36,968 nt of DNA. It comes from Actinomycetota bacterium. Lineage in GTDB: Bacteria; Actinomycetota; Acidimicrobiia; Acidimicrobiales; AC-35. Of this stretch, positions 9,992 through 18,612 are shown one piece after another. A program made the position numbers and the translations under genes. Numbering within the stretch: the stretch's first letter is position 1; every line of letters begins with the position of its first letter. The stretch is taken from contig VAXP01000141.1 of assembly GCA_005884125.1 (NCBI GenBank), forward strand, positions 1 to 36,968, read 5' to 3'. The notes under the pieces were generated by a model. The model was not told the origin of the DNA, made no database searches, and saw only the letters and a list, made by a program, of their open reading frames with translations.

Positions 9992-10618
9992 CTACCTGGT
10001 CGTCGAGGTGGCGTGGACCGTGGTCGTCGTGGAGCGGCCGGGCGCGGTGGTGGCGGGGTGGGAGGTGGAGGTCGAGCCCGGCGCGGTGGTGGGAGCGGTG
10101 GTGCCGGCCAGGTCGGGCCCGATCCACACGACGACGTTGGCTGCCTTGGTGTCGAAGGGAGGCGGGGTGGGCAGGGGCTGCACGGAGGTGGCGGGCAGGT
10201 TGAGCACCACGGCGATGGCCGCGGCGTCGCGGTCGAAGCCGGGCTGGAACAGGACCTCGGTGGACCTGGCCTGCTGGGTCACCGACGCGGCCGCCAGCAC
10301 GTCGTAGCCGGCGGCCTTGAGGGTGTTGCCCACGCGAGCGCCGGCCCCGTTGACCGAGGTGGAGTTGGCCGGAAACACCTTCACGTCATGCGGGGAGCGG
10401 GCCAGCACCGTGGTGGGGGTGGGGAGGGTGGAGACGGTCGCGACGGGGCGGGGGGTCTTGCCCGTCGCCAGCGTGGTCCCTCTGGGGTTGTCGGCGCTGT
10501 TGAGCAGGACGATCCCCAGCACCACGGCCACGGCCAAAAGGACCAGGCCGCGCGCCGTGGCTCCGCCCGCGGAGCGGCCGAAGGAGCCGTCGCCGGCGGC
10601 GTGCCGCCCCTGTCTCAC
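9992..10618 (-). CDS. LytR C-terminal domain membrane protein
   Basis: GRHAA motif, a TM helix, then VKVFPANSTSVNGAGARVGNTLKAAGY...VVVWIGPD and a Thr-rich tail. The GTG overlaps the DUF3263 stop. Confidence 0.8.
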   Translation of the reverse strand: MRQGRHAAGDGSFGRSAGGATARGLVLLAVAVVLGIVLLNSADNPRGTTLATGKTPRPVATVSTLPTPTTVLARSPHDVKVFPANSTSVNGAGARVGNTLKAAGYDVLAAASVTQQARSTEVLFQPGFDRDAAAIAVVLNLPATSVQPLPTPPPFDTKAANVVVWIGPDLAGTTAPTTAPGSTSTSHPATTAPGRSTTTTVHATSTTR

Positions 10619-10875
10619 CGCGAGGGAGGCTCGCTCGCGGGTCGACCCTCGAACCGGGCCCGCCGGCGCCGGTCCCGCATGCGACGCAGGCGGCGAACGA
10701 CCAGGGGGTCGTAGGCCATGGCGTCGCAGGAGTCCAGCAGCTCGTTCAGAACCTGGTAGTAGCGAGTGGGGGACAGGTCGAATCGCTCGCGGATGGCGAG
10801 CTCCTTCGGGCCTGGTTCCGTCCACCACGAGCGCTCGAAGTCGAGGATCGCCTGGTCCCGATCGGAGAGTGCCAT
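10615..10875 (-). CDS. DUF3263 domain protein
   Basis: LSDRDQAILDFERSWW...KELAIRERFDLSPTRYYQVLNELLD...DPLVVRRLRR. Confidence 0.88.
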   Translation of the reverse strand: MALSDRDQAILDFERSWWTEPGPKELAIRERFDLSPTRYYQVLNELLDSCDAMAYDPLVVRRLRRMRDRRRRARFEGRPASEPPSR

Positions 10876-10993
10876 CCCGGGCAGCCTGCCAACCCCGACC
10901 GTCAGAATCAAGGACCCTCGGCCGGGCGGAGAGACGCAGCCGGGATCGGCGCCGAGGACCGCCGCGGCCTCGCCCCTACCATGGCCGCGTCAC

Positions 10994-11067
10994 GCCCGAG
11001 TAGCTCAGCTGGCCAGAGCACCCGCCTTGTAAGCGGGTGGTCGTGGGTTCGAGTCCCACCTCGGGCT
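10994..11067 (+). tRNA. tRNA-Thr (anticodon UGU)
   Basis: Acceptor stem GCCCGAG/CTCGGGC, D-arm, anticodon stem CCCGC/GCGGG with TGT at 11028-11030, and a GTTCGAG T-loop. CCA is not encoded. A -10 TACCAT lies at 10977-10982. Confidence 0.97.
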
Positions 11068-11139
11068 CGGGTCGGGTTGTTCTCCAGCTCCGTGTGCCCG
11101 CCGTGCCCGTCGCCGAGAGGACGGGGCCGGGCCCAGAGG

Positions 11140-11811
11140 TCAAGCCAGGACGATGTCGGGGTCCTCGGTCGCTTCCTCGTGCAGATGCTGGTCGACCTTG
11201 CGCTTGATGCGCTGCAGGGCGTTGTCTATGGACTTGACGTGGCGGCCCAGCTGCTCGCCGATCTCCTGGTAGGACTTGCCCTCCACGTAGAGGCGGAGCA
11301 CGTCCACCTCGAGGCCGGAGAGCATGTCGGCCATGGACTGGCGCATCTGGGCCATGCGCTCGTTGGCCAGCACCGTCTCGGCCGGGTCGGGCGTGTGATG
11401 GGACACGAGCATGTCCTCGATCGAGCGCTCGCCCGGCTCGTCGCCGCCCCGCACACCGGAGATGGAGACGTAGCGGTTGAGGGGCTGGTGCTTCTGGCGG
11501 GTGGCCGTCTTGATGGCGGTGATGACCTGGCGGGTGATGCACAGCTCGGCGAAGGCCCGGAACGAGGCCTGGCGCTCGGGCCTGAAGTCGCGGGCGGCCT
11601 TGAACAGGCCGATCATCCCCTCCTGCTCGATGTCGTCGGCGTCGGCGCCCACGATGAAGTAGCCGCGCGCCTTGGCCCGGGCGAAGCGCCGGTAGCGCTC
11701 CAGCAGCACCTGCAGAGAGGCCTCGTCACCCTGGTGGAAGCGGGCGACCAGCTCGTCGTCGGCCAGCTCGGTGAGGGGGGAACATCCGGACCGGAGCAAC
11801 TGAAGCGCCAT
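11140..11811 (-). CDS. sigH: RNA polymerase sigma factor, Bacillus SigH (Spo0H) type
   Basis: YFIVGADADDIEQEGMIGLFKAARDF, SFRAFAELCITRQVITAIKTATRQKHQPLNRYVS and GKSYQEI..KSIDNALQRIKRK match the Firmicute SigH signature. RBS AGGAG. Confidence 0.9.
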   Translation of the reverse strand: MALQLLRSGCSPLTELADDELVARFHQGDEASLQVLLERYRRFARAKARGYFIVGADADDIEQEGMIGLFKAARDFRPERQASFRAFAELCITRQVITAIKTATRQKHQPLNRYVSISGVRGGDEPGERSIEDMLVSHHTPDPAETVLANERMAQMRQSMADMLSGLEVDVLRLYVEGKSYQEIGEQLGRHVKSIDNALQRIKRKVDQHLHEEATEDPDIVLA

Positions 11812-11906
11812 GTCTGACTCCTGCAGTGGTGTGACGACGCCGCCGGATGCCTGAAGTTGTGGTGGGGGACTAGCCGCCTGGATGACTAGCCGGATAGGAC
11901 TAGTGC

Positions 11907-11935
11907 TTTGTAGCTACTCCCTGGTCAGGTGTCAA
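11907..11935 (-). promoter_or_regulatory. Housekeeping-type promoter of sigH
   Basis: TTGACA (11935-11930)-N17-TACAAA (11912-11907). Confidence 0.55.
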
Positions 11936-12054
11936 CCGTCACAGTGCGCGCGGAAAGGCCAAAGCCCACCAGGCCCGCCACAACGGACAGTGGGCGATTG
12001 CCACGAAACCGACAAGATGGACAAGGGCCGCGGCCGTCAGCCGCGTCGGACCGC

Positions 12055-12897
12055 TCAGCTGCGGCGGCGGGCCACCTCGAAGCAGGCCACCGCGCCCGCG
12101 GCGGCCACGTTGAGGGAGGCGACCGCCCCCCGCATGGGGACGGCGACGAGCACCTCGCAGCGCTGCCTCGTCAGCTTCGACAGGCCCGACCCCTCCGCTC
12201 CCAGCACGAGGGCCACGGCCTGATCGGCCAGGGTCAGCTCGAACAGTGACGAGGGCGCCCCCGGGTCGAGTCCCACCGTCCAGACGCCATGACCGGCCAG
12301 GCTGCGCAGGGCCGACGGCACCCCGGCGACGACGGCCATGGCGATGTGCTCGATGGCGCCGGCCGCGGCCTTGGCCACGCCCGGAGTCACGTGGGCGGCC
12401 CGGTGGCGGGGAAGGATCGCCCCCGTGGCCCCCGCAGCCACGCCGCTGCGCAGGAGGGCGCCCAGGTTGTGGGGGTCGGTGACGCCGTCGAACACGAGCA
12501 GGAACGGCGCCCCGCCGTCGGGGCCGGGCCGGCACAGCTCGTCCAGGTCCACGTCGGGCAGGGCCTCGGCGTGGGCCAGCACCCCCTGGGGGGCCTCGGT
12601 CCGGGCCGCGGCCTCGAGCCGGGCCCGGGGGACGTGGCGCAGGGGCACCCGGCGCTCGTGGGCCAGAAACGCGATCTCTTCGAGCAGCGGCGAGGGATCG
12701 ACGCCCTCGGCCACCCACACCTCCCGGGCCCGGCGCCGGCCCGCGGCCAGGAGCTCGCGCACGGCGCGCCTGCCCTCCACCTGCTCGCCGCCCAGGTCCC
12801 CCCGATCCGAGCCGCGGCGGGAGCCGGGCTGGCGGGATCCGGGTGGCCGGGGCCGGTGGCCCCGGGGACGGTCCCGGGGGGTTCGGGCCGGGCTCAC
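12055..12897 (-). CDS. rlmB: 23S rRNA (G2251-2'-O)-methyltransferase, SpoU family
   Basis: EGRRAVRELL, DGVTDPHNLGALLRS, VLGAEGSGL and SLNVAAAGAV. Confidence 0.92.
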   Translation of the reverse strand: MSPARTPRDRPRGHRPRPPGSRQPGSRRGSDRGDLGGEQVEGRRAVRELLAAGRRRAREVWVAEGVDPSPLLEEIAFLAHERRVPLRHVPRARLEAAARTEAPQGVLAHAEALPDVDLDELCRPGPDGGAPFLLVFDGVTDPHNLGALLRSGVAAGATGAILPRHRAAHVTPGVAKAAAGAIEHIAMAVVAGVPSALRSLAGHGVWTVGLDPGAPSSLFELTLADQAVALVLGAEGSGLSKLTRQRCEVLVAVPMRGAVASLNVAAAGAVACFEVARRRS

Positions 12898-14063
12898 CGG
12901 GGCTGGAGCTGGGCCACGGCCCAGCAGGCCACGCCCTCGCCCCGGCCCAGGGCGCCCAGGCCCTCGGCCCGGGTGGCCTTGACGCTCACGGGCGCGCCCA
13001 GCACGGCGGCCAGACTGCGCTCCAGGTCGGCCCGGTGGGGAGCCAGGCGCGGGGCCTCGAGCACGACCGTGCAGTCGACGTTGGCCGGGCGCAGGCCCGC
13101 CTCCCTCACCATGTCCACGACCCGGGCCAGCAGGGCCAGGCTGTCGGCGTCCCGCCAGCGCTCGTCGCTGTCGGGGAAGTGCGCTCCCAGGTCACCCAGG
13201 CAGGCGCCACCCAGGAGGGCGTCGGCCACGGCGTGGGCGACCACGTCGGCGTCGCTGTGACCGGCCAGGCCCCGCTCCCCCGGGAGCGTCACCCCTCCCA
13301 GGACCAGGGCGCGGCCGGGGTCGTCGGAGAAGGCGTGGACGTCGAAGCCCATACCCACCCGGGCTGCCGGCGCCTGTGCCCGCCCGCCCAGCAGGGTCCG
13401 GGCCAGGGCCAGGTCGTCGGGGGTGGTGACCTTGAGGTTGCGGGGGTCCCCGGCCACGACCTCGACCCTCCCGCCCGCGGCTTCGACCAGGGCGGCGTCG
13501 TCGGTGGCCTCGGGCTCGCCCTGGTGGGCCCGCCTCAGGGCCGAGGCCAGGAAGGCCTGGGGCGTCTGCACGGCCACCAGCCCGGATCGGTCCAGGGTGT
13601 CGACGACGGCCGAGCCCGCGGCGCGCTTGATGGTGTCCGCAGGGCGCACGCCGGGGACGGCGCCGTCGGCCCCCGAGCGCACGGCGGCGATCACGGCCCG
13701 GAACAGGGCGGGCCCGGCCAGGGGACGGCAGCCGTCGTGCACGACCACCACGTGGGCGTCGTCGGGGACCAGGGCCAGCCCGGCCCGCACCGACGCCGAC
13801 CGCGTCGCCCCCCCGGTCACCGTCGTCGTCGGAGGCGGGGTGGGGCCCGGGGATGCCACAGGGTCGGGTGCTTCGCCCGTCCCCGGGGGGAGGACGACGA
13901 CGACGCCGTCGCAGGCGTCCGCGGCCGCGGCCACCGACCAGTCCAGGACGCGACGGTCACCCAGGGCTGCGAACTGCTTGGCCCCGCCGAAGCGCTCCCC
14001 GGCGCCGGCGGCGACGACCACGGCCCACACGCTGGTGGCCCCGCTGCGCTCAGACCCGGACAC
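12894..14063 (-). CDS. ispDF: Bifunctional IspD-IspF (MEP pathway)
   Basis: The IspD part has AAGAGERFG..KQF, GGATRSASV, VHDGCRP, VQTPQ and KVTTPDDL. The IspF part has RVGMGFDVHAF, GHSDADVVAHA and GDLGAHFP. Both are in one ORF. Confidence 0.93.
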   Translation of the reverse strand: MSGSERSGATSVWAVVVAAGAGERFGGAKQFAALGDRRVLDWSVAAAADACDGVVVVLPPGTGEAPDPVASPGPTPPPTTTVTGGATRSASVRAGLALVPDDAHVVVVHDGCRPLAGPALFRAVIAAVRSGADGAVPGVRPADTIKRAAGSAVVDTLDRSGLVAVQTPQAFLASALRRAHQGEPEATDDAALVEAAGGRVEVVAGDPRNLKVTTPDDLALARTLLGGRAQAPAARVGMGFDVHAFSDDPGRALVLGGVTLPGERGLAGHSDADVVAHAVADALLGGACLGDLGAHFPDSDERWRDADSLALLARVVDMVREAGLRPANVDCTVVLEAPRLAPHRADLERSLAAVLGAPVSVKATRAEGLGALGRGEGVACWAVAQLQPR

Positions 14064-14124
14064 GGGCCAACGCTACCGGTGGGGTCGCGCCCCTCCCCGG
14101 CGCCGCGGACTGGGTGTCAGCCCG

Positions 14125-15171
14125 TCAGTCCTCGGCCGCCATGGAGGCGAACAGCATGCGGCCGATCGAGGTCTGCACGTTGCCGGTGACCCGCACGTCT
14201 ATCTCCTGGCCGACCAGGGGGGCGGCGTCCACCACGACGACCATGGTGCCGTCGTCCAGGAAGCCCACGCCCTGGCCCGGCTCCTTGCCCTGGCGCGTGA
14301 TGGGCAGGCGCAGGGTCTCGCCGGGGACGTGGACCTTGCGCAGGCCCTCCGAGAGGCTGTCGATGTTGAGGCAGTGCACGCCCTGGAGCTCGGCGACGCG
14401 CTGCAGGGGGCTGTCGACGGTCAGGAGCTGGACCTGCAGGCGTCGGGCCAGGGCCACGAGCTTGGCGTCCACCTGCTCGTGCTCCAGGACCTCGTCATCG
14501 ATGATGTGGACCTCCACCCCGGAGGTGCGCTGGATGGCGTCGAGGAGGTCGAGGCCCCTGCGCCCCCGGCGCCGGCGCACCGGGTCCTGGGCGTCGGCGA
14601 TGGCCTGCAGCTCGTCGAGGACGAAGTGGGGCACGAGCACCGCGCCCTTGAGGAAGCCGGCCCGGGCCAGCGCCAGCAGGCGCCCGTCGATGACCGCGCT
14701 GGTGTCGAGGAGGGTGGCGCCCTCCTCCACCGTGGCGCCGTAGGGGGAGGCCCGCACCAGGGGGCGGGTCGAGAGACCGGCGATGGCCAGGAGGCCCTCG
14801 GCGTTGTGGCCGGCCAGGGCCGCGCCCCCGTAGACGCCGATCCACACCAGCAGCATGAGGGCGGGCCAGCCGATCATCGGGGGCAGCAGGACGATGAGGG
14901 GGAAGCCCACCAGCAGGGCCAGCCCGCCTGCGCCCACGGCGCCGAAGGTCCCGGCCAGGAGCCGGGCGGGCGAGGCCTGCTCGATGCGGCGCTCCGCCAT
15001 CCCCATGGCCTGGCCCAGCAGGCGGCCCAGGATCCCCCCGGCCACGTAGCCCAGGGCCGCCCCCAGGGTGGCGCCCAGGATGGCGTGGTCCCCCGGGCTC
15101 TGCTGGGCCAGGGTGAAGCCCCCGGCCGTGGCCAGGAACACGATGATCAGGCGGGTGGTCTCGACGAACAT
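14125..15171 (-). CDS. Membrane PIN/TRAM domain protein (YacL family)
   Basis: N-terminal TM helices, then LDTSAVIDGR, FVLDELQAIAD, RGRRGLDLL and a TRAM domain GKEPGQGVGFLDDGTMVVV..QTSIGRMLFA. Confidence 0.9.
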   Translation of the reverse strand: MFVETTRLIIVFLATAGGFTLAQQSPGDHAILGATLGAALGYVAGGILGRLLGQAMGMAERRIEQASPARLLAGTFGAVGAGGLALLVGFPLIVLLPPMIGWPALMLLVWIGVYGGAALAGHNAEGLLAIAGLSTRPLVRASPYGATVEEGATLLDTSAVIDGRLLALARAGFLKGAVLVPHFVLDELQAIADAQDPVRRRRGRRGLDLLDAIQRTSGVEVHIIDDEVLEHEQVDAKLVALARRLQVQLLTVDSPLQRVAELQGVHCLNIDSLSEGLRKVHVPGETLRLPITRQGKEPGQGVGFLDDGTMVVVVDAAPLVGQEIDVRVTGNVQTSIGRMLFASMAAED

Positions 15172-15186
15172 GGGAATTCGTCGCCT

Positions 15187-15215
15187 TTATCGGCATCCGG
15201 GCGCCCGGCCCTGAA
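15187..15215 (-). promoter_or_regulatory. Sigma28-like promoter of the PIN/TRAM gene
   Basis: TCAG-N16-GCCGATAA, ending 15 nt before the ATG. Confidence 0.6.
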
Positions 15216-15383
15216 GGTTCGGGCCCCGGGGGACGCCTGGCCCCGGCAGATCCTCCCCGGCCCCCTGGGGCCCTGGCGCACCGGGGGCCGTCAGGGGCGG
15301 CCGTGTGGGGTCCTCCGGGGGCCCACCCGGGTCCTCTCGGGGGATGCCCGGGGCCCGCCGGCCTGCTCAGCGCTGGACCAGGG

Positions 15384-15863
15384 CTAGGGCAGGGCCTCGT
15401 TGAGCTTCTTCTCGGCCTCCTCCTCGCTCACGCCTATGGCGAAGGTGAGCTCGGAGACCAGGATCTGGCGGGCCCGGGTCAGCATGCGCTTCTCCCCCGC
15501 GGAAAGGCCCTTGTCCTTGTCGCGGATGGAGAGGTTCCTGACCACTTCGGCGACCTGGTAGATGTCGCCCGACTTGAGCTTCTCGACGTGGTTCTTGTAG
15601 CGCCGCGACCAGTTGGTCGGCATTCGCGCCTCCTTCTTGCGAAGGACGGCGAAGACCTCTTCCACCTCCTCGTCGTTGATCACCTCGCGCAGGCCGACCT
15701 CGTCGGTGTTGTCGGCGGGGACCATCAGCGTCAGGTCGCCGTACGCGAGGCGCAGCACCAGGTACTCCCGCGTCTCCCCGAATACCTGCTTCTTCTCGCG
15801 CTTTTCGATCACGGCGGCGCCGTGATGGGGATACACGACCTTGTCACCGACGTCGAAGGACAT
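15384..15863 (-). CDS. carD: CarD family transcription regulator
   Basis: FDVGDKVVYPHHGAAVI, NWSRRYK and LSAGEKRML. RBS GGAG precedes the ATG at 15863. Confidence 0.96.
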   Translation of the reverse strand: MSFDVGDKVVYPHHGAAVIEKREKKQVFGETREYLVLRLAYGDLTLMVPADNTDEVGLREVINDEEVEEVFAVLRKKEARMPTNWSRRYKNHVEKLKSGDIYQVAEVVRNLSIRDKDKGLSAGEKRMLTRARQILVSELTFAIGVSEEEAEKKLNEALP

Positions 15864-16021
15864 AGATCTCCCGGGGGCGAGATGGAGGGGGGTAGCTCTT
15901 AGGGTACGGGTCGCGCCCCCAACGCTCAACTCGGTGCCCGTGTCCGCGCCGGCCGCGCGGCGCGGCCCCGGCGCAAAGCGGTTCGGACCCGCCGCGACCG
16001 TCGCCACTACGCTCGCTCGAG

Positions 16022-16690
16022 GTGCCCGAGGTGGACGTCGTCGAGCTGCTGTCCCGAGCCGAGCTGTTCCGAGCGCTGGACGACCGCGCCCTGGCCGAGC
16101 TGGCCAGCGCGGCCCGGCCGGTCACGCTCCAGCGCAACGCCACCGCCTTCGAGGAGGACGCGCCGGCCGAGGACCTCTACGTCGTGCGCTCGGGGCGCAT
16201 CGCCATCGTCCGTCGCTCCCCGGACGGGCGGGAGTCGGTCGTGGCCCTCATGGAGGAAGGCGACCTCTTCGGGGAGATGTCCATGTTCGACGGCAAGGGC
16301 CGGTCGGCCAACGCCCGGGCCCTGGAACCGTCCGAGCTGGTGGCGGTGCCCTTCCGCGCCGTCCGCGGCGTGCTCGAGGAGCGGCCCCAGCTCCTGTGGC
16401 ACGTGGTCGAGCTGCTCGCGGGCCGCCTCCGGGTCACCGACGTGGCCCTGGGCGACACCGTGTTCCTGGACGTGACCGGGCGCACGGCCAAGCGCCTGCT
16501 GGAGCTGGCCGCGGGAGCCGACGAGTTCATCCTGCCCCTGACCCAGGAGGAGCTGGCGGGAATGGTGGGCGCGTCGCGCGAGCGGGTGAACAAGGCCATC
16601 GCCGCCTTCATCCGCCTCGGGTGGATCGAGCAGACCGACCGCCGTTACCGGATCAAGGACCGCAACCAGCTGTCGCGCCGGGCGACCTGA
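16022..16690 (+). CDS. crp: Crp/Fnr family regulator (actinobacterial Crp/GlxR-like)
   Basis: cNMP-binding motif FGEMSMFD..RSANA and HTH LTQEELAGMVGASRERVNKA. Confidence 0.88.
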   Translation: MPEVDVVELLSRAELFRALDDRALAELASAARPVTLQRNATAFEEDAPAEDLYVVRSGRIAIVRRSPDGRESVVALMEEGDLFGEMSMFDGKGRSANARALEPSELVAVPFRAVRGVLEERPQLLWHVVELLAGRLRVTDVALGDTVFLDVTGRTAKRLLELAAGADEFILPLTQEELAGMVGASRERVNKAIAAFIRLGWIEQTDRRYRIKDRNQLSRRAT

Positions 16691-16736
16691 GCCCGCGGCG
16701 GCGCCGCGGCTGCCTATAGCCCCTCGCCCGACCCTC

Positions 16737-17411
16737 TCAGCCGCCGAGGAACTCGATGGCCCGGCGCCAGGCGTCGGCCGCGTCGTCGGCACGGTGGGCG
16801 GGCCGGGTGGGATCGTGGGCGAAGCCGTGCTCGGCGTCGGGGTAGCGCACGACGCTCACGTGGGGGACCTGCTCCAGTGCGGCGACGTCCTGGGGCGGGG
16901 TCCACTGGTCCCGCCCTCCGATGAGGGCCAGGACGGGGCAGGCGTCGGGCCCACGCAGGGCGTCGAGAGGCTCGGCGTGGCCCGCTCCCCTCCAGTCCTG
17001 GGGCACGCGGATCATCCCGTAGAAGGAGACGGCACGATCGAAGCGCCCCGTTCCCGCCGCCTTCAGCGCGTACATGCCGCCCATGCAGAAGCCGACGACG
17101 GCGGTGCGGGCCGCGCCGGTGCGGTCGGCGGCGGCGACGAGGTCGCCCACCACGCGCTCGTCGGACAGCTTGCCCACCGCACCCAGGCGCTCGGGCACGG
17201 GCATCGACTCGTGTCCCGGGAAAGGCTCGGGGGCGCACACGGCCCACCCGTGCTCGGCCGAGAGGCGGGCGCACAGCTCGTCGAACAGGGGCCGCAGCCC
17301 GCCGATGTCCGGGGCCAGGGCCAGACCCAGCGCGGGCGTTCCCGCGGGCGTGGCCAGCTCGGCGGGCGTTCCGGAAGGAAGGGTCACACGCACGGCCGTG
17401 GATCCTGGCAT
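16737..17411 (-). CDS. Dienelactone hydrolase family protein
   Basis: DIGGL, nucleophile elbow GFCMGG, SFYG, GGRD and YPDAEHGF. Confidence 0.88.
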   Translation of the reverse strand: MPGSTAVRVTLPSGTPAELATPAGTPALGLALAPDIGGLRPLFDELCARLSAEHGWAVCAPEPFPGHESMPVPERLGAVGKLSDERVVGDLVAAADRTGAARTAVVGFCMGGMYALKAAGTGRFDRAVSFYGMIRVPQDWRGAGHAEPLDALRGPDACPVLALIGGRDQWTPPQDVAALEQVPHVSVVRYPDAEHGFAHDPTRPAHRADDAADAWRRAIEFLGG

Positions 17412-17434
17412 CTGCGGGCCCGCGGGCGCACGCG

Positions 17435-18511
17435 TCAGCTGTAGCGGTCCAGGATGCTCGTCTCGGCCAGGCGGGACAGCCCGTCCTTGATGGCGCGGGC
17501 CCGCACCTCGCCCACGCCCTCCACCTCGTCCAGGTCGTCGACGGTGGCGCGCAGGATCTTCTGCAGGGTGCCGAAGCGGGCAACGATCTTCTCGACGATC
17601 GACTCGGGCAGGCGGGGGATCTTCGAGAGCAGGCGGTAGCCCCTGGGCTGGAGGCTGGCGTCCAGCTCGCTGGCGTCCCCGGGCAGGTGCAGCACCGAGG
17701 CCACCGCCTTGAGGTCGAGCAGCTCCTCCTCCGTCGACAGGGCGCCCAGCTTCTCCATGGCCTGATCCAGATGCCAGCTCCGCTCCTCCTGAAGGTAGTC
17801 CTGGATCACCAGGCGCCGGTCGTCCTCGACCCCGCCCATGAGCTCCTCCAGTTGCAGCAGGGCGAGGCGTCCGTCGACGCCGAGCTCGACGATGTAGCCG
17901 TCGATCTCCTCGGCGATGCGTCGCACCATCTCGGCCCTCTGAAGGACGGTGACGACGTCGCGAACCGTCACCAGGTCCTCCACCTCCAGGGCCGACAGCG
18001 CCCCGCTCACGGTGTCGAGGCGGTTCTTGTAGCGCTCCAGGGTCTGCAGGGCCTGGTTGGCCCGAGCTACGAGCCGCTGCGGTGGCTCGAGAGGGTGCTT
18101 GACGTCGTTGCGGTAGACGGCGATCACCGACATGTCCTCCGACACGGAGATGACGGGGACGTCGATGGACCGCGCCACCCGCTCCGCGGTGCGGTGACGG
18201 GTACCGGTCTCGGTGGTGGGGACGTTGGGGCTGGGCACGAGGTGCACGTTGGCCCGGGCGATGCGGCTGGCGTCGGGGGCCAGGATGATGGCGCCGTCCA
18301 TCTTGGCCAGCTCCGACAACCGAGGCGGGGAGAACTCGGCGTCCAGCAGGAAGCCGCCCGAGCAGATGGCCAGCACCTCGGGGCCGTCGCCCACGACGAT
18401 GAGGGCGCCCATGTTGGCCTGGAGTATGCGGTCGAGACCCTCGCGCAACGGAGTGCCCGGGGCCACGGCTGCGAGCGCGTCCATCATGGCCGCACCGCGC
18501 GGAACCAGCAC
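17435..18511 (-). CDS. disA: DNA integrity scanning diadenylate cyclase DisA
   Basis: VAPGTPLREGL, ELAKMDGA, ETGTRHRTAER and a C-terminal HhH (LDEVEGVGE). Confidence 0.96.
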   Translation of the reverse strand: MLVPRGAAMMDALAAVAPGTPLREGLDRILQANMGALIVVGDGPEVLAICSGGFLLDAEFSPPRLSELAKMDGAIILAPDASRIARANVHLVPSPNVPTTETGTRHRTAERVARSIDVPVISVSEDMSVIAVYRNDVKHPLEPPQRLVARANQALQTLERYKNRLDTVSGALSALEVEDLVTVRDVVTVLQRAEMVRRIAEEIDGYIVELGVDGRLALLQLEELMGGVEDDRRLVIQDYLQEERSWHLDQAMEKLGALSTEEELLDLKAVASVLHLPGDASELDASLQPRGYRLLSKIPRLPESIVEKIVARFGTLQKILRATVDDLDEVEGVGEVRARAIKDGLSRLAETSILDRYS

Positions 18512-18612
18512 GGCGTGATCGTACTCTTCACCCCATCTGTGCGACGCGGGTCGCTCCCCTCGCGCGCCTCGCCCGTGGCGCCGTCACCGGCGTGCCGCGG
18601 GCCCGCCGGCCG

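Noticed and set aside
10994-11140. tRNA-Thr as an integration site for a mobile element
   Set aside because: I found no integrase, no duplicated tRNA 3' end and no compositional shift. The flanks are core genes.
11868-11917. CRISPR or mini-array interpretation of the GACTAG repeats
   Set aside because: The repeats are only 6-8 bp with 14-16 bp periodicity, and there are no cas genes.
14125-15171. PIN-domain toxin of a VapBC toxin-antitoxin system
   Set aside because: The TM-PIN-TRAM architecture and the position beside carD and ispD identify the housekeeping YacL family. There is no antitoxin.
17435-18511. Cyclic-dinucleotide anti-phage (CBASS-like) system
   Set aside because: This is a canonical DisA next to radA, with no CD-NTase or effector genes.
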